Source: a virus. Taken from it: DNA of 64,000 nucleotides. A program made the position numbers and the translations under genes. The notes under the pieces are model-generated. The model was not told the origin of the DNA, did not search any database, and saw only the letters and a list, made by a program, of their open reading frames with translations. Positions 30,692 to 39,234 of the stretch are shown here, in pieces (positions within the stretch are counted from its first letter, which is position 1; each line of letters opens with the position of its first letter). The stretch is from IMG/VR virus record IMGVR_UViG_3300044510_000078. One strand, given 5' to 3'.

Positions 30692-31519
30692 TTACAGGCT
30701 TGTTTGGTCAGAGAAGGTTACGTCAACGCCTTCTGAATTAAAGTTATACGTTGCGCCGACTTCTCCAGCGCCTTGATTGAAATTACGACTTACAAGTTTA
30801 GCATCATTAATTTGACATTTCAAGTGACCAAATTGAACAGCATTTGCTTGTTCGGCGGAAGTTCCTTCAATTGCGATTGTCCCCTTAAACGGAGGCTTTG
30901 CGACTTGAACGTTTGTTCCAGTTACTAAACTTTGCGCTCCGCTAATAACAGAATTGATGCATGAAATAACTTCATTTGGCATATCAAAAGAAAACTTCGC
31001 AGAACGAGGGCAAGTGTCAAACGAACCATCTGGTGTAGTCAAACTGATTTGATTAATAATAGGGGTCACAGCGGCCAAAGCGCTCGCGTGTTGTCCTCCG
31101 CCGATTGTAGTAGGAACTGCATCATAAGCAGGTTCTCCAACGCCAACGAATGACATATCAACCATTACGAAGTTACCTTTGGAAGCGTCAATACTTAGAC
31201 TTGACAAAATGCCCGACATTCCAAATCCATTTGGAACTACGCGAATATCAGAAACAGTCCCGGCCATAGAGTTGCCAGTCAATGTATTAATTATAGAAGC
31301 GGTAAGCGTGTGAGCATTGCCAGTGCCGCTGGCCAAGAAAATTTTAATATCAGATTTACAAGTTGCAACTTCCTTCTGGAAGCGTCCTGCTGACCCTAAT
31401 TTTCCTAAAATAACAATGTCTTCCACTGGAATAGTCGTTTCGCATGATGCGGATTGCACTGGAAATTGTTTTCCATCTATCGTTGCAATTTGGCTTGAGT
31501 AAAGAGTTCTTGCTGGCAT
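30692..31519 (-). CDS. Major tail tube protein
   Basis: 275-aa beta-rich protein (VQSASCETTIPVEDIVILGKLG...); position; strong leader shared with the capsid gene; downstream terminator. Confidence 0.75.
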   Translation of the reverse strand: MPARTLYSSQIATIDGKQFPVQSASCETTIPVEDIVILGKLGSAGRFQKEVATCKSDIKIFLASGTGNAHTLTASIINTLTGNSMAGTVSDIRVVPNGFGMSGILSSLSIDASKGNFVMVDMSFVGVGEPAYDAVPTTIGGGQHASALAAVTPIINQISLTTPDGSFDTCPRSAKFSFDMPNEVISCINSVISGAQSLVTGTNVQVAKPPFKGTIAIEGTSAEQANAVQFGHLKCQINDAKLVSRNFNQGAGEVGATYNFNSEGVDVTFSDQTSL

Positions 31520-31601
31520 AGTTTTTTCCTATTTTGTTAAAAGTGTCCAATATGTTTTACAGATAAAAGCCTCTTCTGTGAAATTAAAAGTCCTATTTTT
31601 T

Positions 31602-32426
31602 TTACCCATGTGACCTTAATGTAGAGACTTCGAAATCAATAAAAGAGACATACAAATTATCTCCGATATTTTTAATCTGAGAATTTGGCAAAACTTTTGA
31701 TTCAGAGACTTTCCAAATGGTAGATTTTTGCCCAGTTGCATAAGTTTCATAATTATATTGAGTCCCCGTGTATGCTCCGCGAGCGTCAAAAGGCGGAGCG
31801 TCAACGAAATTCATTGTTTTTAAATTTGTATCTTTTAAAATGCCAGCGACAGCATCCAAAACGTAGGTATTGTCACTAACAATTATAGCCCGAATGTCGG
31901 TAGATGTATTGTCCACGCCGCCCAAGGCGAAGGGCTTATTTTCACCACCCCTTTTTTTAATAAAAACTGCTGGAATGATATACGTATCTGGAGCCAATCC
32001 GCTTAAAGTTTGAGGATATTTAGAATTTGTAAAGAATTTTTTTTCAAATACAATCGTTTCATCTGGGTCTGTCGTCATGTAAACATTTACGTCTTTAATA
32101 GCGTAATTACCGCTTATTGTTGCTGAAACATTTGAAGAAAAATCGCAAGTCCCATTATAGTGATTTATAGCCAATAAATTGTTTTGGCCCACTGGCGAAA
32201 ACGTATTATTTAAATATACACCAGTCATTAAATTAGCGCCCACGACTGAAGAATCATTCACAAGTTGCTTAAAAGGTGCGGCATATGTAAACCTAGATTG
32301 ATATTTATTGATTGATGGATAAAACACGCTCCCATAATTAGCAAAAGCATTTCCTTTTGTTAAAATTTCATGGTCAACGAACAACAAAAAACTAGATAAA
32401 AGTGAATGCTCAAATTGTTTTTTCAT
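31602..32426 (-). CDS. Putative tail terminator/completion protein
   Basis: Directly upstream of the tail tube; C-terminal PAVFIK...G...DIRAIIVSDN...FIDFEV pattern. Confidence 0.5.
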   Translation of the reverse strand: MKKQFEHSLLSSFLLFVDHEILTKGNAFANYGSVFYPSINKYQSRFTYAAPFKQLVNDSSVVGANLMTGVYLNNTFSPVGQNNLLAINHYNGTCDFSSNVSATISGNYAIKDVNVYMTTDPDETIVFEKKFFTNSKYPQTLSGLAPDTYIIPAVFIKKRGGENKPFALGGVDNTSTDIRAIIVSDNTYVLDAVAGILKDTNLKTMNFVDAPPFDARGAYTGTQYNYETYATGQKSTIWKVSESKVLPNSQIKNIGDNLYVSFIDFEVSTLRSHG

Positions 32427-33019
32427 TATTGTTTAAAAGAGTTTTTGAACTTCTCTATTATATTAGAGATATACGGAACCTTACCAAAGGCTCCAGAACG
32501 TATAATGCTTGAAGACTGTAATCCACCCCCAGAACGAGAGCGAATGGAATTTCTTTTCATGTATTGACCAAATCCAGATATTCCCTTTTCAATACCATAT
32601 GCCCAACTATTCCCAGATTCCCAAGGGAGGGGTGTATTTTTCTCAATTTTTTCTTGACTAGGATAAGTGATTTTAAACTGCCAAGCTAATTTTAAAGCTC
32701 GTCCACGAGACATTTGGGTGTCTTCTAATAAAATTTGATTTAATTCTTTTGTTGGTCTGGTCCCATCCTGAAACCCAATAAAAGTAAAAAGATTTCCATA
32801 TCCCCCAAGAGTATTGCTTATATTGGAAGCTCCAGTTCCACCCTCTATTTCTTGAGTAACTGGATGAGCGGCAAAGGCTTGAAGCATTGCGTTTTTTCTT
32901 GATTTGAACAAGATGGAAGCCCTTCTCTCGGCAAGCTGCCAACCCTTAAAGCGCAAAGACGTGGAGTTTGCTATTTTTTTAGCAATAGAATCTTTATCAA
33001 TTTTAACATTTATAGTCAT
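32426..33019 (-). CDS. Putative neck/tail completion protein (likely start 33019)
   Basis: Basic 197-aa protein starting MTINVKIDK, with a TAATG overlap with the upstream stop. Confidence 0.5.
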   Translation of the reverse strand: MTINVKIDKDSIAKKIANSTSLRFKGWQLAERRASILFKSRKNAMLQAFAAHPVTQEIEGGTGASNISNTLGGYGNLFTFIGFQDGTRPTKELNQILLEDTQMSRGRALKLAWQFKITYPSQEKIEKNTPLPWESGNSWAYGIEKGISGFGQYMKRNSIRSRSGGGLQSSSIIRSGAFGKVPYISNIIEKFKNSFKQ

Positions 33020-33465
33020 TATGTTATTTCGTCTAATGCGTAAATAAAAAGGCTCGCATTTAAAAATGTTTGTTTTTTTGGTCCGCCCACTATCTTCCAA
33101 AATTTGTTATCAAATCCAATTTTTTCAGTTTGACCACTTTGAATAAAAAACAAGCAATCCTGCCTTACTTTTACAGAGCAGTCCCCCTGTGTATATTTAG
33201 TTTCTATTGCGGATATAACATCGTTTTGCTTTTTGACTCGATTGTAGATAACTCTTGCGTCAAATATTCCAGACACGGGGACGTATGTATAATTTTCTGT
33301 ATTTTGATTGTCTTCGTATCCGAATACCGTATTAACAGATGGAGTTGAAACAATGACTTTAATTGGCTCCTTAAATACTGTAATTGACCTAGAGAAAGTA
33401 TCAAAATTCTCACCAAAACTTTCAGTGAGAGACGCTTTTTCTTCCAATGTTAGTAGGCTAGACAT
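33019..33465 (-). CDS. Putative head closure (stopper) protein
   Basis: 148 aa, small beta-barrel-like C-terminus (CSVKVRQD...KIGFDNKFWKIVG); position. Confidence 0.5.
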   Translation of the reverse strand: MSSLLTLEEKASLTESFGENFDTFSRSITVFKEPIKVIVSTPSVNTVFGYEDNQNTENYTYVPVSGIFDARVIYNRVKKQNDVISAIETKYTQGDCSVKVRQDCLFFIQSGQTEKIGFDNKFWKIVGGPKKQTFLNASLFIYALDEIT

Positions 33466-33950
33466 TATCTTCTATAAAATTTAGGAAAATTATTATGACT
33501 TTCTGTATCGTCTCCAGCGACTTGCAATGGCGTTGCATCTCCAAGAATAAAACCATTCACCAATTTATAAAGTTCGTCAGATTCTTGTTTTTTGAGAGAT
33601 GTCAAGGATTTGATAACTTCATTCTTGTTGACCATTCTTACTGTAGCTCCATCGTCTGAAACTTCTATAACCGAGTTAGATTCAAGCGCCAATATTCTCG
33701 CTCTAATTTTTGAGTTGAGACGATGAATTGAATACATTTTTTTCAAAATAGCGGCGGCTTTTTCTGAAATTTCAACCCCATTTTCATCAAGAACCTCCAA
33801 AGTAACTTCATTAATTTGAAAGTTAGTAAAAATCAAATCATTCAATTCTCCTATTTTGTTTCTGACCCAGTATGCAATAGCTGGGACGCTCAAATCGGAT
33901 GGTTCATCAAGCTCTTTAAAAATTTGGTCGGCAATTGTTACAACTTTCAT
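33465..33950 (-). CDS. Putative head-tail adaptor
   Basis: 161-aa helical protein with IEVSDDGATVRMVN hairpin; position after the capsid genes. Confidence 0.5.
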   Translation of the reverse strand: MKVVTIADQIFKELDEPSDLSVPAIAYWVRNKIGELNDLIFTNFQINEVTLEVLDENGVEISEKAAAILKKMYSIHRLNSKIRARILALESNSVIEVSDDGATVRMVNKNEVIKSLTSLKKQESDELYKLVNGFILGDATPLQVAGDDTESHNNFPKFYRR

Positions 33951-33955
33951 AATTT

Positions 33956-34294
33956 TTAATATGTGACCTCTGGATTTACTGATACGACCCCTTTGAAAAC
34001 TTTAAATGCGCCAGTGACATTGCCACTAAATACTTCTATATCATAGACAAATTTACCTACTGGCAATCCCGCCGTCCCAGTAGCATTTAAATTCAGGTCA
34101 ATTAAACCACTGACATAAGAACTATGGATGGATGGATTTAAATTAAACAATACTCCGCTAGAACCGTATTGGTGGCGGATAAAACCACTTGCGCTGTGAT
34201 TAGTTAAATTCAAAGCGTTTCCAGCAGAATCTACGCCAGTAAGTCTATTGGTGTAAAATTCTCCTTGATTAATTGTTAAGTTTAATAGTGTCAT
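33956..34294 (-). CDS. Small virion protein, BppU-N/Ig-like
   Basis: LTINQGE...LNLTNHSASGFIR...GLIDLNL..TGT..LPVGKFVYDIEV pattern. Confidence 0.6.
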   Translation of the reverse strand: MTLLNLTINQGEFYTNRLTGVDSAGNALNLTNHSASGFIRHQYGSSGVLFNLNPSIHSSYVSGLIDLNLNATGTAGLPVGKFVYDIEVFSGNVTGAFKVFKGVVSVNPEVTY

Positions 34295-34320
34295 GTTACA
34301 CTAGTAATTACACCCCAAAG

Positions 34321-34995
34321 CTAAAACATACCCGTATTAAGTGCTATCCTTTTCCAGAAATTGCCGCTCGTGCAAAGATATAAATAGTTCGAATCAAACG
34401 CCGCGTCTCCTTTTATTCCAGAGCTATATGACCCAGTAATTGTAGATTCTCTAATCTTTGTGCCGGTTATAAATCCTGATGGGTTCGATTTTTCATACAA
34501 AATTCCCGTTAAGTCACTTGTAACATACCCGTTTGGATTTTGTTCACGAGGATAAAATAGACCAGTAGTTGTTCCTGTCCAAGATTTGATGGAATTGATT
34601 CCAGAGTCAAGATTAGAGCCAGTTAATATTAAACTACCAGAGAGCGCAACACCAGACATTGACAATTCATAAAATCCTATAACCCGCTCAGACCCTACAA
34701 ATGCTTGAGAAAAATAACCAGTTCCAGCGTCTATCTTAAAATTTTTGCCAGATAAATGAAAATCAAATATAGGTGCTGAAGTTCCAAATCCCACTCTTCC
34801 ATTAACGAAATCATAATAAAGTTCGGACCCCGCCAAATATCCGCTTTTATTAAATTGAATTTGTTGATTTGTTCCGCTGGCAGGAGTTTGTCTAAATCCT
34901 GTGTATGGATTTATAACGTCAAGAATAAAACCAGAGATTTCTGGTTTGTAAATTTGTTCGATTTGAATTAAATTTGCTCTACTCATGCTCCGCAT
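34321..34995 (-). CDS. Putative head fibre/minor virion protein
   Basis: G/S/T-rich; YYDFVNGRVGFGTSAP and C-terminal GDAAFDSNYLYLCTSGNFWKRIAL fibre-tip motif. Confidence 0.6.
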   Translation of the reverse strand: MRSMSRANLIQIEQIYKPEISGFILDVINPYTGFRQTPASGTNQQIQFNKSGYLAGSELYYDFVNGRVGFGTSAPIFDFHLSGKNFKIDAGTGYFSQAFVGSERVIGFYELSMSGVALSGSLILTGSNLDSGINSIKSWTGTTTGLFYPREQNPNGYVTSDLTGILYEKSNPSGFITGTKIRESTITGSYSSGIKGDAAFDSNYLYLCTSGNFWKRIALNTGMF

Positions 34996-35024
34996 TTTAT
35001 TACACAGGAGCCGGTATTGTTAGA

Positions 35025-35381
35025 TTATTTACCTTCGTCAAGGATTGCTTGGACTTCTTTTGATATTTTTTTAGGCTTCTTTGGTTGTTGAGGAGGGGCT
35101 CTAAATGAAGCTACGTGTTTTTTGAATTCCTTCATTAGTCTATCCCTCATAAGAGAGAGATTATCTATTGCCACAATACCTACTTTAATAGCGTGCCTAT
35201 GAAGGTCTGACCTGCTTGCCTCCATTAAGAATTGGTCATATTCTTCTTCGTTCATCGTCCCGTATTTTGATGTCCCATCATCGCCCCAAACTTGCTCTAA
35301 TGTTTGTGGGACAAATTTTACAGCCTCTTCATCCTTCCCGTGAGTTTGGCGAATTGATTCTAGGCTTTTCTTTTTTGGCAT
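35025..35381 (-). CDS. Hypothetical basic protein (possible HeH/Rho-N-like helical domain)
   Basis: 118 aa; MEASRSDLHRHAIKVGI..DN...MRDRL; strong RBS. Confidence 0.55.
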   Translation of the reverse strand: MPKKKSLESIRQTHGKDEEAVKFVPQTLEQVWGDDGTSKYGTMNEEEYDQFLMEASRSDLHRHAIKVGIVAIDNLSLMRDRLMKEFKKHVASFRAPPQQPKKPKKISKEVQAILDEGK

Positions 35382-35434
35382 AAACTTTCCTTTCCCTTAT
35401 TAGACTATGATAATAATATCGCCACGTTCTGTCT

Positions 35435-35470
35435 AAAAAAACAGAAAGGGAGAGAATTTCTTCTCTCCCT
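35435..35470 (-). terminator. Rho-independent terminator after the major capsid gene
   Basis: Minus strand AGGGAGAGAA-GAAA-TTCTCTCCCT followed by TTCTGTTTTTTT. Confidence 0.85.
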
Positions 35471-35500
35471 ATCTTTTGATTTTAAAAGTTGGTAGCGTAA

Positions 35501-36619
35501 TTAGACTACGATACCTGCAACTGCGCGAGCGTCCAAGCAAACACGACCTTCTTCAAGGAATCCCCAGAAGCCAGCCTTGTCAACCCTCGAAAGATTGAAC
35601 TGGTCATCTGGCATAACTCTGAATGTCCCACCGCTATCCGCTTGACGAGCCACTGGGCGCACAAACGCTCCACGAGAGTTGTCAATACCGACAAGAATTT
35701 CGTCCGTGCCTGCTCCAGCCCATGAACCGCCACTTGAACCGGGAACGCTATTTCCAGCCGTAAATGAATGGAAAAGAACGTTGTATTTCTTACCAATACC
35801 AAGTTCAACGAGTTGATTGATATTCACACCGAAGATACCTTGCATACCAGCATTCTTCCATACTTCCATCTTGAGTCCTTCTGGAAGGTTTTGGGCCGTA
35901 TTAGCCGCGCTTGTATCAACCGGATTGAATGCAAAGGCGCGAATCTGAGCCTTAATTTCTGGACTTACATACAAGTCTGTTGGGCCATTGCTATAAACCC
36001 CATCTGGAGTATTACCAGAATAAGATTCATTAAGACGCACTTCACGAACCATCAAATTGTTCAAATCGGCAAGATTAAAACTATTTGCTGTGCCAGCGGC
36101 AATTACGTGCTTGAGAGCCGCGCCGCCCTTTGGAGTTGTTGAAGCTTCTGCGAGAGCCTTTAGAATAACCGCCCAACCGTTCTTTTCTTGTTTGATAAGA
36201 ACTTCGTTAAGCAAACGTTCTACAGCTTTGCTGACAACATCAAGACGATGTTTGCGAGCATAACGCTTATTGAAGGAAACCGCGCTATCGAGACGATAGG
36301 TTGCGATTTTCATTTCCTTAACGCCTTCGATTTGGTTGGTTGGTAAACCACCAGCCATGTTTTGACTCCAAACGGTTACATAACCATCTTGTTCGCCATA
36401 ATACAAATCAAGAGGATAACTTGGGGAGTCATCTTCGTCAAATTCAACATTTGAGAAGATGGAACTTACAGTTCCCTTGGTCATAAGAACCTTTTGAATC
36501 ACCGGGCCAAGCCACGCGGCGAGCGCTTCTTGAGCTTCCATTGATGCTTGAAGATTTCTTGAACCGATTGCTTCGACTAGAGCGATTTGCTCTGGTGTTT
36601 CTTTTAGCTTGAAATTCAT
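35501..36619 (-). CDS. Major capsid protein
   Basis: 372 aa downstream of protease/scaffold and decoration genes; HK97-fold-like organisation; strong leader and terminator. Confidence 0.8.
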   Translation of the reverse strand: MNFKLKETPEQIALVEAIGSRNLQASMEAQEALAAWLGPVIQKVLMTKGTVSSIFSNVEFDEDDSPSYPLDLYYGEQDGYVTVWSQNMAGGLPTNQIEGVKEMKIATYRLDSAVSFNKRYARKHRLDVVSKAVERLLNEVLIKQEKNGWAVILKALAEASTTPKGGAALKHVIAAGTANSFNLADLNNLMVREVRLNESYSGNTPDGVYSNGPTDLYVSPEIKAQIRAFAFNPVDTSAANTAQNLPEGLKMEVWKNAGMQGIFGVNINQLVELGIGKKYNVLFHSFTAGNSVPGSSGGSWAGAGTDEILVGIDNSRGAFVRPVARQADSGGTFRVMPDDQFNLSRVDKAGFWGFLEEGRVCLDARAVAGIVV

Positions 36620-36658
36620 AATTTTTTCCTATTTTGTTAAATGTTTTTTTATCCGAGA

Positions 36659-37198
36659 TTAGATGTCAAGTTTTACAGTGACGTAGCCGAGACTGTCTTT
36701 CGCGCTTAGGGCTTGTCCGACCTTTACCGCGCCATTACGCTGCGTAGAATCAATTAGTCCGTTGTCGCCCACATATAAAGAAGCTCCTGCGGTCACTGAC
36801 CCAGTAAATCCGCTATACATGAATGTTCCGCGAGTTACGAGAGGCACAACTTGACCGCTTAATACCGCCTCCATTTCGGCTGCTTTGCGTGGATTAAACT
36901 TCAAAAGTTCTCCGTTTTCGTCAGTTTCCTTAACGTCGAAGAGCATCATTCCCACTACAGCGTCGCCCGTGCCAGCTACCGCAACTTTATAAGGCGTGCC
37001 GTATCTTTGTGAAACTGTATTGTTATATCCTGCTCCAACGTTTCCTAGCATTTCAAGTGAATCTTGGTCAGTTGGCAAAAAGCCAGAGCCGACAATCTTT
37101 ACTAGAGTGCCTTTGTTGGTTGGGATGCTGCCTGAAAAAGAAAATAAATTGATTACATCTCTTTCGTCATAGTCTCTGAATGGTCTTAGTGTTGGCAT
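36659..37198 (-). CDS. Capsid decoration/cement protein
   Basis: 179-aa G/V-rich beta protein between scaffold and capsid genes (VLSGQVVPLVTRG...GASLYVGDNG). Confidence 0.65.
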   Translation of the reverse strand: MPTLRPFRDYDERDVINLFSFSGSIPTNKGTLVKIVGSGFLPTDQDSLEMLGNVGAGYNNTVSQRYGTPYKVAVAGTGDAVVGMMLFDVKETDENGELLKFNPRKAAEMEAVLSGQVVPLVTRGTFMYSGFTGSVTAGASLYVGDNGLIDSTQRNGAVKVGQALSAKDSLGYVTVKLDI

Positions 37199-37232
37199 AA
37201 TTTTTCCTGTTTTTGTTAAATTGTTTTATTGA

Positions 37233-38669
37233 TTACTTAATTTCAAATCCGTCATCTTTTAGGGCGTCTTTCCATTTTTCTGCTTTGTTTTTGTCTGCTA
37301 CTGAAGAGTTGGCAAGGGCGGCTTTCTTTTTCTCTGCATTGTCCATTGCGTTATCTAATGCATCAGACGCTTTTGAGTCTTTTTTAGCGTTTTTCTTGGC
37401 CTCCTCATCATCCGCTGCTTTCTTAGCGTCTTCATCAGTCTTTTTCTTTGCTGCCTTTGATAGAGGCTTTAGGAAAACTTCCATATTCTTTTTCCATGAA
37501 GCAAAGTCTTCATCTTTGTCTAAGACTTTGATTTGAGAAGCCAAAACTTGACGAATTTCATCTGAAAGTTCATATTCTGCTTCAACCGACTCCATACGAG
37601 AATTAAATTGGACCACTTTTGCGCGTTCAGCTTCTTGTTTTTCAAAGGCTTCGACCTTTTGTTTAAGAGTATTCAATTCGCCTTCGACTTTAGTTACGTT
37701 TTCTTTTGCTTTTTGGGCCGCTTCTAAAGATAGCTTATGAGCTTCTTTTTCAGATTCATATTGCTTGGAAGCTTCCTTAATTTGTTCGGCAAGGAATTCT
37801 GTTATAGCGGACGCGTTGATTTGTTTTAAAGTCTCGTCGGTAATATCTTGAACTTTAGTGATTTTCATATCTCGTCTGTTTTGATTTACATTAAAATCTT
37901 GGGATTGTGAAATATTTTTTTGAGGTAATTGTGTATTTTGAGAAGAAATTCCCTTCACCTCTGCGGCGGGAGATTCTGTTAGACCTATACCCAAAGGCAG
38001 CACTTCTCCGACTGGTTGACGATAAACTTTTTGACCATTTATCTCTCCAGAGCCTCCAAATGATTTTAAATGTTTAGATATTTCGTCACAATCTCCAAGT
38101 AGGGGAACGCAATCCTCCAAGTTCTTAGAGGAAGAGCCTGCGCTTGTGCTTACAATTTTAAAATCATCAAAACCAAGCTCCCAACTCGCGGAAATTGACT
38201 GAAAACTCTCATTAGCTGGGTCTGTAGAATCTTCTATTTTCGTCACCACGTCAGGATTTACAATTCTCCATAAAACACCGCCCAAAGTGATATTAAAGGG
38301 CTTCTTTGAATCTTTAATATCTTCAGCTTTAAGAGGTAAATCGGAACCAAATTCACTAAAACCGACATTCAAGATAACACCAATAACATTTTTTCTATTA
38401 TGTTCTATGTTAATTGGTTTATTCACAAAATAGTTTGCTATTGAAAGGGCTGTCTCAGTGTCAATTACGTCTCCATTTTTATTTATACGATTGACTACAA
38501 AGGCGTTAAATGCAATTGGCAATAAATCATAATTTTTTGACACATCAACGTCTGGAATAAAATTAGCAACATCAAGGAATGATGCCATAGCTAAGTATTT
38601 ATCTTTTTCTTCTGAAACCAATGGTCTAAGTAAAGAGCTGAACGAAATTTTAAATCTAAAATCTTTCAT
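37233..38669 (-). CDS. Prohead protease fused to coiled-coil scaffold
   Basis: NKNGD, KPINIEH..KNVIG, SASWELGF, GIGLTESPAA protease motifs; K/E/A-rich coiled-coil C-terminal half. Confidence 0.8.
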   Translation of the reverse strand: MKDFRFKISFSSLLRPLVSEEKDKYLAMASFLDVANFIPDVDVSKNYDLLPIAFNAFVVNRINKNGDVIDTETALSIANYFVNKPINIEHNRKNVIGVILNVGFSEFGSDLPLKAEDIKDSKKPFNITLGGVLWRIVNPDVVTKIEDSTDPANESFQSISASWELGFDDFKIVSTSAGSSSKNLEDCVPLLGDCDEISKHLKSFGGSGEINGQKVYRQPVGEVLPLGIGLTESPAAEVKGISSQNTQLPQKNISQSQDFNVNQNRRDMKITKVQDITDETLKQINASAITEFLAEQIKEASKQYESEKEAHKLSLEAAQKAKENVTKVEGELNTLKQKVEAFEKQEAERAKVVQFNSRMESVEAEYELSDEIRQVLASQIKVLDKDEDFASWKKNMEVFLKPLSKAAKKKTDEDAKKAADDEEAKKNAKKDSKASDALDNAMDNAEKKKAALANSSVADKNKAEKWKDALKDDGFEIK

Positions 38670-38677
38670 ATATTATA

Positions 38678-39193
38678 TTATATTAACGAATCAAGCCTTG
38701 CTAAAATTTGCTTTTTTAATTCTTGTTCGTCATCAAGATAAAGGTTTAGAAAAGTTTTACAACTATTATCTAATTTAAAAGCAACAATATCTCTTTTAGC
38801 AGAAGCAAAGTCTTCGTCTAAGATTTGGAGCCTCATTTCTGAGAGGGGTAATGAAGTTTTGTTCAGTCTTTTGGCAATACCAGTTAGATTATTTTCTATA
38901 GCTTTTAGATAAGAGTTTAGGTATGCCAATGAATACTCTAACAATGGAATAGTAGAATTTACTTCATTTTTCCAAAGCTCTTCCGCACGAATTAAAAGAG
39001 ATTTTAATTGAGCAAGACTGACCCTTTTATTGTTTTCAGAATTATGGGATTTAACCTTTGCGTCCAAGCAAGCGACAATTTTAGAAGATAATGATATTGC
39101 CGAACATTGACATTTATCTTTTAAAGTAGAACAATTCACACACAGGTCAATCTGTGACGCCTTTGTATATTCAAATTCAAAAAGATTGTTCAT
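38678..39193 (-). CDS. Hypothetical protein
   Basis: 171-aa ORF with N-terminal Cys cluster; upstream GTGTAA motif. Confidence 0.55.
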   Translation of the reverse strand: MNNLFEFEYTKASQIDLCVNCSTLKDKCQCSAISLSSKIVACLDAKVKSHNSENNKRVSLAQLKSLLIRAEELWKNEVNSTIPLLEYSLAYLNSYLKAIENNLTGIAKRLNKTSLPLSEMRLQILDEDFASAKRDIVAFKLDNSCKTFLNLYLDDEQELKKQILARLDSLI

Positions 39194-39234
39194 GGCTCAT
39201 TAAATATTACACGCAAATAATATAAAAAATACGA

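Noticed and set aside
30272-33950. Contractile tail sheath
   Set aside because: No ORF of sheath size or character lies between the neck genes and the tube gene, so a myovirus call is unsupported here.
37213-37536. 107-aa plus-strand ORF
   Set aside because: Antisense shadow of the K/A-rich scaffold C-terminus.
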